NCBI GenBank assembly: GCA_032718475.1
Contig: JAUCBJ010004893.1
Span: 206,677 to 270,676 of the forward strand
DNA length: 64,000 bases
Direction: 5' to 3'
Source of the DNA: Nemertoderma westbladi
Taxonomy: Eukaryota > Animalia > Xenacoelomorpha
This document shows positions 1 through 13,615 of this stretch, one piece after another (within the stretch, counting starts at the first letter, position 1; each line of letters starts with the position of its first letter). A program made the position numbers and the translations under genes. The notes beneath the pieces are model-generated. The model made no database searches and was not told the DNA's origin. It saw only the letters and a program-made list of their open reading frames with translations.

Positions 1-56
1 TCCCTATTGATATTTTTCCGAGCTATTATGACTAATCTGTGTTATCTAATCTTATG

Positions 57-363
57 TTGTTTTGTCTGCTTCTCAGAAATATAACCTATTAATGATTAGT
101 AAAGGAATTCCGATATAGATATAGTGCTACCCTGTAGGGAAATCATCAAATATCATCCATCATTCATTGCTCAATTAGGCCTATAGCAGCTATACGCGAT
201 CACGTATAATAGCAACTAACAGGTCGATAAGAATTATAATTAAACTCGCTAATCTGGTACGAGTGGGTGTAAACAACTTCTTGGAAGATATCAGATGAAA
301 TTCCGCCAACTCCGTGACTTATAGATCAACAACACCCACGACGTTAACGAATCAATGTCTCAC
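57..363. repeat. ~307-bp dispersed repeat, copy 1 (inverted copy at 8869-9175)
   Basis: Reverse complement of 8869-9175 matches this segment; I count about 2 mismatches (ataacctatt/ataacttatt, aaactcgct/aaagtcgct). Confidence 0.9.
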
Positions 364-410
364 GAACAACTAAAATTCGGTCACATATAATTAGCGACAA
401 ACAGAGAGTG

Positions 411-1978
411 CTTCTTTCCGATACTTTCCGCTTCTTTCCGATACTTTCCGCTTCTTTCCGATACTTTCTGCTTCTTTCCGATACTTTCCGCTTCTTTCCG
501 ATACTTTCCGCTTCTTTCCGATACTTTCCGCTTCTTTCCGATACTTTCCGCTTCTTTCCGATACTTTCCGCTTCTTTCCGATACTTTCTGCTTCTTTCCG
601 ATACTTTCCGCTTCTTTCCGATACTTTCTGCTTCTTTCCGATACTTTCTGCTTCTTTCCGATACTTTCTGCTTCTTTCCGATACTTTCTGCTTCTTTCCG
701 ATACTTTCCGATACTTTCCGCTTCTTTCCGATACTTTCTGCTTCTTTCCGATACTTTCTGCTTCTTTCCGATTCTTTCTGCTTCTTCCCGATACTTTCCG
801 CTTCTTTCCGATTCTTTCTTCTTCTTTCCGATACTTTCTGCTTCTTTCCGATTCTTTCTGCTTCTTTCCGATACTTTCCGCTTCTTTCCGATACTTTCCG
901 CTTCTTTCCGATACTTTCCACTTCTTTCCGATACTTTCCGCTTCTTTCCGCTACTTTCTGCTTCTTTCTGCTTCTTTCCGATACTTTCCGCTTCTTTCCG
1001 ATACTTTCCGCTTCTTTCCGATACTTTCCACTTCTTTCCGATACTTTCCGCTTCTTTCCGATACTTTCCGCTTCTTTCCGATACTTTCCGCTTCTTTCCG
1101 ATACTTTCTGCTTCTTTCCGATACTTTACGCTACTTTCCGATACTTTCCGCTTCTTTCCGATTCTTTCTGCTTCTTTCTGATACTTTCTGCTTCTTTCCG
1201 ATTCTTTCTGCTTCTTTCCGATACTTTCCGCTTCTTTCCGATACTTTCCGCTTCTTTCCGATACTTTCCACTTCTTTCCGATACTTTCTGCTTCTTTCCG
1301 ATACTTTCCGCTTCTTTCCGATACTTTCCACTTCTTTCCGATACTTTCCGCTTCTTTCCGATACTTTCCGCTTCTTTCCGATACTTTCCGCTTCTTTCCG
1401 ATACTTTCTGCTTCTTTCCGATACTTTCCGCTTCTTTCCGATACTTTCTGCTTCTTTCCGATACTTTCCGCTTCTTTCCGATACTTTCCGCTTCTTTCCG
1501 ATACTTTCCGCTTCTTTCCGATACTTTCCGCTTCTTTCCGATACTTTCTGCTTCTTTCCGATACTTTCCGCTTCTTTCCGATACTTTCCGCTTCTTTCCG
1601 ATACTTTCCGCTTCTTTCCGATACTTTCTGCTTCTTTCCGATACTTTCCGCTTCTTTCCGATACTTTCCGCTTCTTTCCGATACTTTCCGCTTCTTTCCG
1701 ATACTTTCTGCTTCTTTCCGATACTTTCTGCTTCTTTCCGATACTTTCCAATACTTTCCGCTTCTTTCCGATACTTTCTGCTTCTTTCCGATACTTTCCG
1801 CTTCTTTCCGATACTTTCCGCTTCTTTCCGATACTTTCTGCTTCTTTCCGATACTTTCTGCTTCTTTCCGATACTTTCCGCTTCTTTCCGATACTTTCCG
1901 CTTCTTTCCGATACTTTCTGCTTCTTTCCGATACTTTCTGCTTCTTTCCGATACTTTCTGCTTCTTTCTGATACTTTT
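411..1978. repeat. Pyrimidine-rich minisatellite, 20-bp unit CTTCTTTCCG-ATACTTTCYG built from two related 10-mers
   Basis: Directly visible, roughly 78 units. The overlapping K/R/E-rich and F/S-rich ORFs are by-products of the repeat. Confidence 0.97.
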
Positions 1979-2592
1979 TTCTCATCGAAGAAAATTGCTC
2001 AGAATCATTTTTCCTGCCCTAAGATTATCGATGTTTACCGAATCAGTTTTATTTTTGGCAGTAATCAGCTGTTATTTGCGTCAATTTTCCTTTTAAGTTT
2101 TATTTAAGTGTTCGAGGATATTTTACACCCTTTAGAATACAGATGAACGAACATAAAGTACTTTAAATAAACGAGGTCTAACTTTTCGCCACAAATATAA
2201 CTGCACCGCAACTCAAAAATTTAGAGAAAATTAATTCCCGTTTTTGACCAGTAAAACGCTCGAGGTCCGCGCGATAATGATTTCACAACTTTGGAGACAT
2301 AATAACATATAGGGGGAACTCTTAGACCCGGCTGTGGAACTATGGCAGTAATCTTCCTTCAAGGCTATCATCAGATTGCTTAGGCAGTTGTTGTGACAAA
2401 GCGGGAAATTTGAATTCACCAAATCAAAGAGCAAACCTGTTTTTAAAATAGTTTTTAGTACAAACCAAGGTGTACGTACACCTTGGTACAAACAGACAAA
2501 GACACAGCTTAGGCTAGTATAAACATAGCAGCAGCATAGCATAAACATACCAAGCACGTTTTTGTTTAGGCCGATCGTGCGTTTCAGCTGGA

Positions 2593-3294
2593 ATGTTTTC
2601 CGTTGGAAGGTTCTTTGTACAAAACGCCGTCTCGTTAAACTACAGAACAACTGCCGGTACGTTCGGCCTGACATGTGAATACCGGACAGCGAGGTACACC
2701 GTCACCGTACCGATACTGAGTACCAACTCCTTTAGATTAATAAACTCATACGACCATCAACGCATTAACTGGCGCAGTACCGGTTATTATTACTATCGTT
2801 CCTACGCTAAAAATTCCAGGGTTCGTCCTAACCGGTCGAATAACACAAAACAAGCAGAATGGCGACTGAAGCCCGGCACAATATCGGAATGGGCAGGACG
2901 ACATACCCCTCATTACAACTCCGCTCTCTTCTACTCCATCGGCGCGTTTATCCTAATGTTCGGCGCTTCCTTCGCTTGCGTTCCTCTTTATAAAATGTTC
3001 TGCCAGAGTTTCGGGTACGGCGGGACGGTTCAGGACAACATCGACGCGTCCGGTAAGAAAGTCGCGGGGATGGTCCCCATCGAAGGACGTGACATTCTCG
3101 TCACCTTCACCTCGTCTCTCGACGATAAAATGCGCTGGGCGTTTAAACCGCAGCAGGATGAGATACTGACGCGGCCTGGGGAGACCGTTCTCGCCTTCTA
3201 TACCGCCACCAACTCATACGATCGGCCCATTATAGGGATCGCCACGTACAACGTAACGCCGTGGTTGGCCGGAAAGTATTTCAATAAAATACAG
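2593..3294 (+). CDS. COX11: Cytochrome c oxidase copper chaperone COX11, exon 1
   Basis: R/S-rich mitochondrial-type N-terminus, TM segment, VPLYKMFCQSFGYGG, WAFKPQQ, PGETVLAFY, ATYNVTP..AGKYFNKIQ. Donor CAG|GTAATT at 3294/3295. Confidence 0.93.
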
Positions 3295-3436
3295 GTAATT
3301 TATATGGATGGGTATTATTTTAAGATTATTGGAATATAATATTTTAATTATTATATTAAATTTTTGAAAGATCTTACCACTATCAATTATTCCTTGGAAC
3401 TAAATTTGACAAGGCCGACATTAGGGCCTCCGACAA

Positions 3437-6400
3437 GTTTGGTAACACATTCACATGGGCTACATTAGTTTTGTAACACTTTCTCATGCGCCTCAGTTGT
3501 TTGGTAACACTTTCACATGTGCCATATTAGCTTGGTAACACATGCACATGGGCCACATTCGTTTTGTTACACTTTCTCATGCGCCTCAGTTGTTTGATAA
3601 CACTTTCACATGAGCCTCAGTTGTTTGGTAACACTTTCACATGTGCCATATTAGTTTGGTAACACTTTCACATGGGCCACATTAATTTGGTAACACTTTC
3701 ACATGGGCCACAGTATTTTGGTAACACTTTCTTATGTGCCTCAGTTGCTTGGTAACAATTTCACATGTGCCACATTAGTTTGGTAACACTTTCACATGTG
3801 CCACATTAATTTGGTAACACTTTCACATGGGCCACATTAGTTTTGTAACACTTTCTGGGCCACATTAATTTGGTAACACTTTCACATGGGCCACAGTATT
3901 TTGGTAACACTTTCTTGTGTGCCTCAGTTGCTTGGTAACAATTTCACATGTGGCACATTAGTTTGGTAACACTTTCACATGTGCCACATTAATTTGGTAA
4001 CACTTTCACATGGGCCACATTAGTTTTGTAACACTTTCTCATGAGCCTCAGTTGTTTGGTAACACTTTCACATGGGTCTCAGTTGTTTGGTAACACGTTC
4101 ACTTTCACATTGGCCATATTAGTTTGGTAACACTTTCACATGTATCATATTAGTTTGGTAACACTTTCACAAGGGCCACAGTATTTTGGTAACACTTTCT
4201 TATGTGCCTCAGTTGCTTGGTAACAATTTCACATGTGCCACATTACCTTAGTAAAACTTTCACATGTGCCACATTAATTTGGTAACACTTTCACATGGGC
4301 CACATTAGTTTTGTAACACTTTCTGGGCCACATTAATTTGGTAACACTTTCACATGGGCCACATTATTTTGGTAACACTTTCTTGTGTGCCTCAGTTGCT
4401 TGGTAAGAATTTCACATGTGGCACATTAGTTTAGTAACACTTTCACATGTGCCACATTAATTTGGTAACACTTTCACATGGGCCACATTAGTTTTGTAAC
4501 ACTTTCTCATGAGCCTCAGTTGTTTGGTAACACTTTCACAAGGGCCACAGTATTTTGGTAACACTTTCTTATGTGCCTCAGTTGCTTGGTAACAATTTCA
4601 CATGTGCCACATTACCTTAGTAAAACTTTCACATGTGCCACATTAATTTGGTAACACTTTCACATGGGCCACATTAGTTTTGTAACACTTTCTCATGAGC
4701 CTCAGTTGTTTGGTAACACTTTCACATGAGTCTCAGTTGTTTGGTAACACTTTCACTTTCACATTGGCCATATTATTTTGGTAACACTTTCACATGGGCC
4801 ACATTAGTTTTGTAACACTTTCTCATGAGCCTCAGTTGTTTGGTAACACTTTCACATGGGTCTCAGTTGTTTGGTAACACTCACTTTCACATTGGCCATA
4901 TTAGTTTGGTAACACTTTCACATGTGCCATATTAGTTTGGTAACACTTTCACATGTGCCATATTAGTTTGGTAACTCTTTCACATGTGCCATATTAGTTT
5001 AGTAACACTTTCACATGTGCCACATTGGTTTTGTAACACTTTCTCATGCGCCTCAGTTGTTGGGTAACACTTTCACATGGGCCTAGTTGTTTGGTAACAC
5101 TTTCACATTGGCCATATTAGTTTGGTAACACTTTCTCATGGGCCACATTAGTTTGGAAACACTTTCTTATGTGCCTCAGTTGCTTGGTAACAATTTCACA
5201 TGTGCCACATTACCTTAGTAAAACTTTCACATGTGCCACATTAATTTGGTAACACTTTCACATGGGCCACATTAGTTTTGTAACACTTTCTCATAAGCCT
5301 CAGTTGTTTGGTAACACTTTCACATGGGTCTCAGTTGTTTGGTAACACTTTCACTTTCACATTGGCCATATTAGTTTGGTAACACTTTCACATGTGCCAT
5401 ATTAGTTTGGTAACACTTTCACATGTGCCATATTAGTTTGGTAACACTTTCACATGTGCCATATTAGTTTAGTAACACTTTCACATGTGCCACATTGGTT
5501 TTGTAACACTTTCTCATGCGCCTCAGTTGTTGGGTAACACTTTCACATGGGCCTAGTTGTTTGGTAACACTTTCACATTGGCCATATTAGTTTGGTAACA
5601 CTTTCACATGGGCCACATTAGTTTTGTAACACTTTCTCATGAGCCTCAGTTGTTTGGTAACACTTTCACATGATCATCAGTTGTTTGGTAACACTTTCAC
5701 ATGGGCCACAATAGTTTGATAAAACATACACATGGGCCTGGGCCACATTAGTTTGGAAACACTTTCTCATGGGCCACATTAGTTTGGAAACACTTTCACA
5801 TGTGCCACATTAGTTTTGTAACACTTTCTGGGCCACATTAGTTTTGTAACACTTTCTGGGCCACATTAGTTTGGTAACACTTTCACATGTGTCACATTAG
5901 TTTGGTAACACTTTCACATGTGCCACATTAGTTTGGAAACACTTTCACATGTGCCACATTAGTTTTGTAACACTTTCTGGGCCACATTAGTTTGGTAACA
6001 CTTTCACATGGGCCACAGTAGTTTGGTATCACTTTCTTATGTGCCTCAGTTGTTTAGTAACAATTTCACATGTGCCACATTAATTTGGTAACACTTTCAC
6101 ATGGTCCACATTAGTTTTGTAACACTTTCTCATGCGCCTCAGTTGTTTGGTAACACTTTCACATGTGCCACATTAGTTTGGTAACACTTTCTCATGAGCC
6201 TCAGTTGTTTGGTAACACTTTCACATGTGCCACATTAGTTCGGTAATACATTCACATGGGCCACATTAGTTTGGTAACACTTTCTCATGGGCCACAGTTG
6301 TTTGGTAACACTTTCACATGCGCCTCAGTTGTTTGGTAACACTTTCACATGTGCCACATTAGTTTGGTAATACATTCACATGGGCCACATTAGTTTGGTA

Positions 6401-7786
6401 ACACTTTCTCATGGGCCACAGTTGTTTGGTAACACTTTCACATGTGCCACATTAGTTTGGTACCACTTTCACATGGGCCACATTAGTTTGGTAACACTTT
6501 CACATGGGCCACATTAGTTTTGTAACATTTTCTCATAAGCCTCAGTTGTTTGGTAACACTTTCACATGTGCCACATTAGTTTAGTACACTTTCACATCAT
6601 ATGTGCGACATTAGTTTGTTAACACTTTCTCATGAACCTCAGTAGTTTGGTAACACTTTCTCATGAACGTCAGTAGATTGGTAACACTTTCTCATGAACG
6701 TCAGTAGTTTGGTAACACTTTCTCATGAACGTCAGTAGTTTGGTAACACTTTCTCATGAACGTCAGTAGTTTGGTAACACTTTCTCAAGAACGTCAGTAG
6801 TTTGGTAACACTTTCTCATGAACGTCAGTAGTTTGGTAACACTTTCTCATGAACGTCAGTAGTTTGGTAACAGTATCTCATGGGCCACATTAGTTTGGTA
6901 ACACTTTCTCATGAACGTCAGTAGTTTGGTAACACTTTCTCATGAACGTCAGTAGTTTGGTAACACTTTCTCATGAACGTCAGTAGTTTGGTAACACTTT
7001 CTCATGAACGTCAGTAGTTTGGTAACACTTTCTCATGAACGTCAGTAGTTTGGTAACAGTATCTCATGGGCCACATTAGTTTGGTAACACTTTCTCATGA
7101 ACGTCAGTAGTTTGGTAACACTTTCTCATGAACGTCAGTAGTTTGGTAACACTTTCTCATGAACGTCAGTAGTTTGGTAACACTTTCTCATGAACGTCAG
7201 TAGTTTGGTAACACTTTCTCATGAACGTCAGTAGTTTGGTAACACTTTCTCATGAACGTCAGTAGTTTGGTAACAGTATCTCATGGGCCACATTAGTTTG
7301 GTAACACTTTCTCAAGAACGTCAGTAGTTTGGTAACACTTTCTCATGAACGTCAGTAGTTTGGTAACACTTTCTCATGAACGTCAGTAGTTTGGTAACAG
7401 TATCTCATGGGCCACATTAGTTTGGTAACACTTTCTCATGAACGTCAGTAGTTTGGTAACACTTTCTCATGAACGTCAGTAGTTTGGTAACACTTTCTCA
7501 TGAACGTCAGTAGTTTGGTAACACTTTCTCATGAACGTCAGTAGTTTGGTAACAGTATCTCATGGGCCACATTAGTTTGGTAACACTTTCTCATGAACGT
7601 CAGTAGTTTGGTAACACTTTCTCATGAACGTCAGTAGTTTGGTAACACTTTCTCATGAACGTCAGTAGTTTGGTAACACTTTCTCATGAACGTCAGTAGT
7701 TTGGTAACACTTTCTCATGAACGTCAGTAGTTTGGTAACACTTTCTCATGAACGTCAGTAGTTTGGTAACAGTTTCACATGGGCCA
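3437..7786. repeat. Intronic minisatellite, ~30-31-bp unit (TTTGGTAACACTTTCACATGGGCCACATTAG and variants)
   Basis: Fills almost the whole COX11 intron. Heterogeneous up to ~6620, then a homogeneous TTTCTCATGAACGTCAGTAGTTTGGTAACAC variant. Confidence 0.95.
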
Positions 7787-7829
7787 CTGTAGGTGTTGGG
7801 TAAATAATGTTCTACTTAATTTCTTTCAG

Positions 7830-8066
7830 TGTTTTTGTTTTGAGGAACAGCTGTTACAGCCGGGAGAGACTGTAGATATGCCGGTGCTGTTCTACATAGA
7901 CCCCGAGTACGCGGAAGATAAGGGCTTGGTCTACAGCAACACCATCGGCCTGCAGTACACATTCTTCGAAGCTAAAGAAGGTTTCAACGTCCCACGTCCG
8001 GACTTCGAAAAGTATTTATCGGAAATACCAAACTCAACTACTGATATTCCTGTACAACCCGCGTAA
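7830..8066 (+). CDS. COX11: COX11, exon 2
   Basis: Acceptor ttctttcag|TGT; phase-0 join gives KIQ|CFCFEEQ (copper-binding CFCF), then VDMPVLFYIDPE and YTFFEAK; stop TAA at 8064-8066. Confidence 0.93.
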   Translation, partial: CFCFEEQLLQPGETVDMPVLFYIDPEYAEDKGLVYSNTIGLQYTFFEAKEGFNVPRPDFEKYLSEIPNSTTDIPVQPA

Positions 8067-8277
8067 TTTATGTGTAAACGCAAGGCCGAAAACCACAGCC
8101 GTTAACGACAAATTAACGTTAAATACAATAATGTTTTAGATGGAATTGTCTTACCTCTGTAACCTGTTCTTTTCCCTCAATTAGTAATTAACATTAATAT
8201 AACTCTCTAACTCCAATAGTGGCTGTCGGTATAGCGTAGGGTAGAGTTTTTTATATGTCGTACTGATTGAATAGTTA

Positions 8278-8283
8278 AATAAA
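8278..8283 (+). terminator. Candidate polyadenylation signal of COX11
   Basis: AATAAA about 210 bp after the stop codon; AT-rich context makes chance occurrence possible. Confidence 0.45.
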
Positions 8284-8868
8284 TTTAAAACAAAAATCGT
8301 CAGTTCTTAAAAACAAACATTTACAAACTGTGTTACATTTTTGGAATCCTTGCATGGTCAGCTTTCTAACAATACCAACAAATCACTATAAGGTTGAAGA
8401 ATAACTGCGGTGTAACTGGTGCAATATCGACGGAGACACCTTTTCTAAACACTTGTAGCTAAAGAATGAAAGCGAAAATAAAACTTCTGGCTCATCCAGT
8501 CAGTGGTCGGGAGGTGATATTATTTGTTTCAAATTTCATGCAATCTCATTAAGATTTGTAGAAAAATTTGGGGAAGGGAGGGGTTTGGGGGCACCGCACG
8601 CACAGTTACTCTGGAGTCCCGAATAGACGGGGTGGGTGGAAAATTTTTATTATGCTAGTAGTCGGGGTGGTGGAATAAACGTGGTGGGTGGAAAATTTTG
8701 AAAACTTAAGGCCTACAGTATACTTACTTAACATACTTATTGGCATACAGGTACAGTGCGATTAATTACACACCAATAAATTAATAACTTTCACTATAAG
8801 ATACTATTTTGAGTACCGGTACTATTATTTGGTAACATGTAACCGCCCGGACGATACCTGTGCTGTGT

Positions 8869-9175
8869 GTGAGACATTGATTCGTTAACGTCGTGGGTGT
8901 TGTTGATCTATAAGTCACGGAGTTGGCGGAATTTCATCTGATATCTTCCAAGAAGTTGTTTACACCCACTCGTACCAGATTAGCGACTTTAATTATAATT
9001 CTTATCGACCTGTTAGTTGCTATTATACGTGATCGCGTATAGCTGCTATAGGCCTAATTGAGCAATGAATGATGGATGATATTTGATGATTTCCCTACAG
9101 GGTAGCACTATATCTATATCGGAATTCCTTTACTAATCATTAATAAGTTATATTTCTGAGAAGCAGACAAAACAA
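8869..9175. repeat. ~307-bp dispersed repeat, copy 2 (inverted relative to 57-363)
   Basis: Near-identical reverse complement of 57-363. Confidence 0.9.
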
Positions 9176-10118
9176 AATGAATATATTAAATCAATAGCTC
9201 GGTGAACAGAACATGGCAGTATTTCCTGTTATTTAGGTTAGCCTTAGAACCCTACATGAATAATAACTGGCATTTAAACGCAATAAATAATTAATAAATT
9301 AAATAATTAACATTTAGAAGAAATCAAATATGGTTCATAAATTTGCAAATACATTTTTTTACAATCTTGAGTATTTTTTTGCAATCATATAAAATAATAT
9401 GTTAGGTAGCCTAATCACAACAAAATTATGGAAAGTTATTATCAGCTCAATAAACTTACATAGGCGGAAAGGAATATGTCAAGTCACAAGTTGAATTCCC
9501 TGGCGGAAATCCTTGCTACCTCTATTAATTGGAGTAAAGTGACATCGACCTGTGACTGTCTACTACTGCCCCAAACCAACACTGACCGTCGCTGAACTGA
9601 GGTAAGGCATTGTGGTCTGTATGAAAGGGATCCCCATATCTGGTTCCATAGATAAGGGCCTTGACTGCGCAGAAGGCTATTACTGCAATCTGCTATACCA
9701 CAACCACTAATGCTGATGAAGCTGAAATTGACTCATTCTATTTATATAGATATGGAGCAACTTCTCTCGCGCTTGTCTATTTATTACATTGAGTGAAGTA
9801 TTGATGATGATGGAGATAAAATAACTGGTTTCATTGGTTTATCAAGGGAACTGGAGTTGGGAACATCACCGAGTGAGAATGATTCACCGAGTGATATGGT
9901 CGACTTTATTTCTCAGTCTGTCGATCACTTAGGTACAATACCGGTACCGGTACCTGTGTAAGGAACTGTTAAATGATCCAATTACACCAGACCATCATAA
10001 TTGAAAATAAAAATAATAATATAAATATAAAGGCCTTTATTTTATATATACCGGTAATATAAATGTGACAGAATCCCATCATTTTATTATTGTCTAAAAA
10101 GTTTAAAAAGTAAATCAA

Positions 10119-11255
10119 TTAACTTGGTTTGCGAGCCACAAAGAATCCACATTTATACTTATATTCCATCATAGAGACGGGGTTATTGATGTAATTACAC
10201 GGTAAGTTACGGACTTCCTTTACTAATAGGAAACCGACTCCTCGTACAGCCGTAATCACGTCGTCCCAACACAGTTCCACGCTCTGTTCGCCCGAGATGT
10301 CGGAGTAATGGTAGAGCAACGGGCCGAGGTTAACGAGCAACCCACCGGGTCGCAGAACGAGGTACATCCGTTCGAGGTACTCGATGATGTTGTGCGCTGT
10401 GTCCAGGAAGAAACAACTCGCGACGATGTGCCAACAGTCCGGCTCGGTGTAGACATCGAGAAAGTCCCCGGCCGTCATGGAGAAGGCGTCGTCCAGGGTG
10501 AGGGAGGAAGGCCGGATGTCCGGGATGCGGACAGCTCGCAGCTGGTCGGAAGTAGACCAGTTGTTGAACCAGTGGTGCACCCAGGGGTAGATTACAGCGC
10601 CGTACCGCGAGGGGGCGCAGTTGAGCGCGTAATGCGAGCCGAAGAGCATGTAGTAGGAGAACTCGTTACCTTGTGTGGCGTAGCCATGGGCGGCGATATC
10701 TAGGGTGAGACGGCCCAGACCGGCCCCGGGGACCAGCACACTAACTCGTTCCGAGTCCGACACCGGGAACTCTTCCAGTATAGCGTCTACTATCGGTGCG
10801 TAACACGCGGCCCTCTCATCCGCTCCCTCGGCGCTCCAATCCCGCACAAACTGTTTCAACGTGGTCTGTACCTTCTCCATGTCCGCTCGACTGGGTTTCT
10901 CTGCGCTTTCCGACGCCGACTGGGTCTCGAGCGCCCGGTTACTGAACATGTACTCCACGTCCGCTACCAGGGTTTCTAGAAAGTCTGCGTTCGCCGCCAC
11001 GCACTCCCGTAGTTGTTGGTGGAACCGAGGGATATGGCCCATCATAGCGCGATGCGGTTTCTTCATCCGCGCGTAGGATTCTTCCATCTGTCGAACTCGC
11101 GCCAATGAATCCTCCCTATAGAAACGGAAGTTACGGATTATTTTTCGGACGTGCTTGTTCTCTAGTTCCTCTTCTTTGCTGGACAAAGTTGAAACCGGCG
11201 TTAAATTATTGGTGGAATTAATGAAATCGTTTGTGTTCGGTTCCATGGCGCTCAT
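10119..11255 (-). CDS. CARNMT1: Carnosine N-methyltransferase 1 (N2227-like SAM-dependent methyltransferase), intronless
   Basis: Motifs DMEKVQTTLKQFVRDWSAEG.ER, VLVPGAGLGRL, QGNEFSYYML, AGDFLDVY, CFFLDTAHN, NLGPLLYHY; complete 378-aa ORF. Confidence 0.93.
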   Translation of the reverse strand: MSAMEPNTNDFINSTNNLTPVSTLSSKEEELENKHVRKIIRNFRFYREDSLARVRQMEESYARMKKPHRAMMGHIPRFHQQLRECVAANADFLETLVADVEYMFSNRALETQSASESAEKPSRADMEKVQTTLKQFVRDWSAEGADERAACYAPIVDAILEEFPVSDSERVSVLVPGAGLGRLTLDIAAHGYATQGNEFSYYMLFGSHYALNCAPSRYGAVIYPWVHHWFNNWSTSDQLRAVRIPDIRPSSLTLDDAFSMTAGDFLDVYTEPDCWHIVASCFFLDTAHNIIEYLERMYLVLRPGGLLVNLGPLLYHYSDISGEQSVELCWDDVITAVRGVGFLLVKEVRNLPCNYINNPVSMMEYKYKCGFFVARKPS

Positions 11256-11555
11256 TGTGTAGTCAATCTCTCTACTGCTCTTAAGTCTTGTACTCCTGCC
11301 TGCCTACCCCTACAGTGCTACTGTGCCGCAGTCTACAGATACTATTAGGCTTAGTTCAGTAGTTACGTATTAGTACTGTACCGGCATTACAGTACCGGTA
11401 CTGCAGTATTACCGGTTGATCACAATTTCAACATACTGATGGTGTTTCCAACCGGAAACAGACCAGCCTAACTCAAATAGATATGAATTACGTACCGGTA
11501 CAAAGAATTACGGTACCGGTATTATTGCCCATGCCCACCCCCCCCCCCCCCCCCC

Positions 11556-13048
11556 ATATATTGTCTAATAATAAATATATTGTCTAATAATAAATATATT
11601 GTCTAATAATAAATATATTGTCTAATAATAAATATATTGTCTAATAATAAATATATTGTCTAATAATAAATATATTGTCTAATAATAAATATATTGTCTA
11701 ATAATAAATATATTGTCTAATAATAAATATATTGTCTAATAATAAATATTTTGTCTAATAATAAATATATTGTCTAATAATAAATATATTGTCTAATAAT
11801 AAATATATTGTCTAATAATAAATATATTGTCTAATAATAAATATATTGTCTAATAATAAATATATTGTCTAATAATAAATATATTGTCTAATAATAAATA
11901 TATTGTCTAATAATAAATATATTGTCTAATAATAAATATATTGTCTAATAATAAATATATTGTCTAATAATAAATATATTGTCTAATAATAAATATATTG
12001 TCTAATAATAAATATATTGTCTAATAATAAATATATTGTTTAATAATAAATATATTGTCTAATAATAAATATATTGTCTAATAATAAATATATTGTCTAA
12101 TAATAAATATATTGTCTAATAATAAATATATTGTCTAATAATAAATATATTGTCTAATAATAAATATATTGTCTAATAATAAAATATATTGTCTAATAAT
12201 AATTATATTGTCTAATAATAAATATATTGTCTAATAATAAATATATTGTCTAATAATAAATATATTGTCTAATAATAAATATATTGTCTAATAATAAATA
12301 TATTGTCTAATAATAAATATATTGTCTAATAATAAATATATTGTCTAATAATAAATATATTGTCTAATAATAAATATATTGTCTAATAATAAATATATTG
12401 TCTAGTAATAAATATATTGTCTAATAATAAATATATTGTCTAATAATAAATATATTGTCTAATAATAAATATATTGTCTAATAATAAATATATTGTCTAA
12501 TAATAAATATATTGTCTAATAATAAATATATTGTCTAATAATAAATATATTGTCTAATAATAAATATATTGTCTAATAATAAATATATTGTCTAATAATA
12601 AATATATTGTCTAATAATAAATATATTGTCTAATAATAAATATATTGTCTAATAATAAATATATTGTCTAATAATAAATATATTGTCTAATAATAAATAT
12701 ATTGTCTAATAATAAATATATTGTCTAATAATAAATATATTGTCTAATAATAAATATATTGTTTAATAATAAATATATTGTCTAATAATAAATATATTGT
12801 TTAATAATAAATATATTGTCTAATAATAAATATATTGTCTAATAATAAATATATTGTCTAATAATAAATATATTGTCTAATAATAAATATATTGTCTAAT
12901 AATAAAATATATTGTCTAATAATAATTATATTGTCTAATAATAAATATATTGTCTAATAATAAATATATTGTCTAATAATAAATATATTGTCTAATAATA
13001 AATATATTGTCTAATAATAAATATATTGTCTAATAATAAATATATTGT
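11556..13048. repeat. AT-rich 19-bp minisatellite (AATAATAAATATATTGTCT)n
   Basis: About 78 nearly identical copies directly after a poly-C tract, ~300 bp upstream of the CARNMT1 ATG. Confidence 0.97.
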
Positions 13049-13059
13049 ACAAAAAGGCT

Positions 13060-13615
13060 TTGTCAAATTGAACTCCACACTATCGCATCAAATCAATATT
13101 TATATATATCAATATTATTTATACTTCTAATTAAGCCACAGAATCAAGAATAGAGTCAATGAAACCGCAATCATCGATTTAGTGGGTGTAGACATCTTCA
13201 AATTAGGACTGGAGTGTTTAGTTCCCGAGTTATTGCCTAAAAGGAGCAGGCCGGCTCCTGGCTGAACCCAGCATTTGAGGGTAAATAGTGATATACAACA
13301 TACACATTAACATACACCAACTTATTAGATCATTGCAAGTCGAATGAGTCTGTTCAATAGCGTATATGCTATATATCGCTTAACGTAATATTAGGTTGGG
13401 CCGGCCCCGGCCTGCATCTTTTTTGCAATATCTCGGGAACTAATCACTCTAGTCCTAATTTGTGGTGTCTACTGCCTACTAAATCGATAATTTATTATCG
13501 ATCACTACTGATTAAATGAGTCTATTCTTGATTCTGTGGCATAATAAAAATGAATCATTTTTAGAGGATTACGTATTTATCGATTTGACGTGATGACGTT
13601 GAGTTGAACTATTCT
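13060..13615. mobile_element. Fold-back / MITE-like element (long imperfect palindrome)
   Basis: GCCACAGAATCAAGAATAGA (from 13135) pairs with TCTATTCTTGATTCTGTGGC (ending 13540). Internal pairs AAATTAGGACT/AGTCCTAATTT, TAGTTCCCGAG/CTCGGGAACTA, GCAGGCCGG/CCGGCCTGC. Outer arms degenerate, so ends are approximate. Confidence 0.75.

Noticed and set aside
391-1985. K/R/E-rich and F/S-rich ORFs of 176-284 aa
   Set aside because: Translations of a stop-poor 20-bp satellite, open on both strands, with no unique domain.
2231-2674. 147-aa minus-strand ORF overlapping the COX11 start
   Set aside because: No recognisable motifs; probably a chance ORF over the promoter region.
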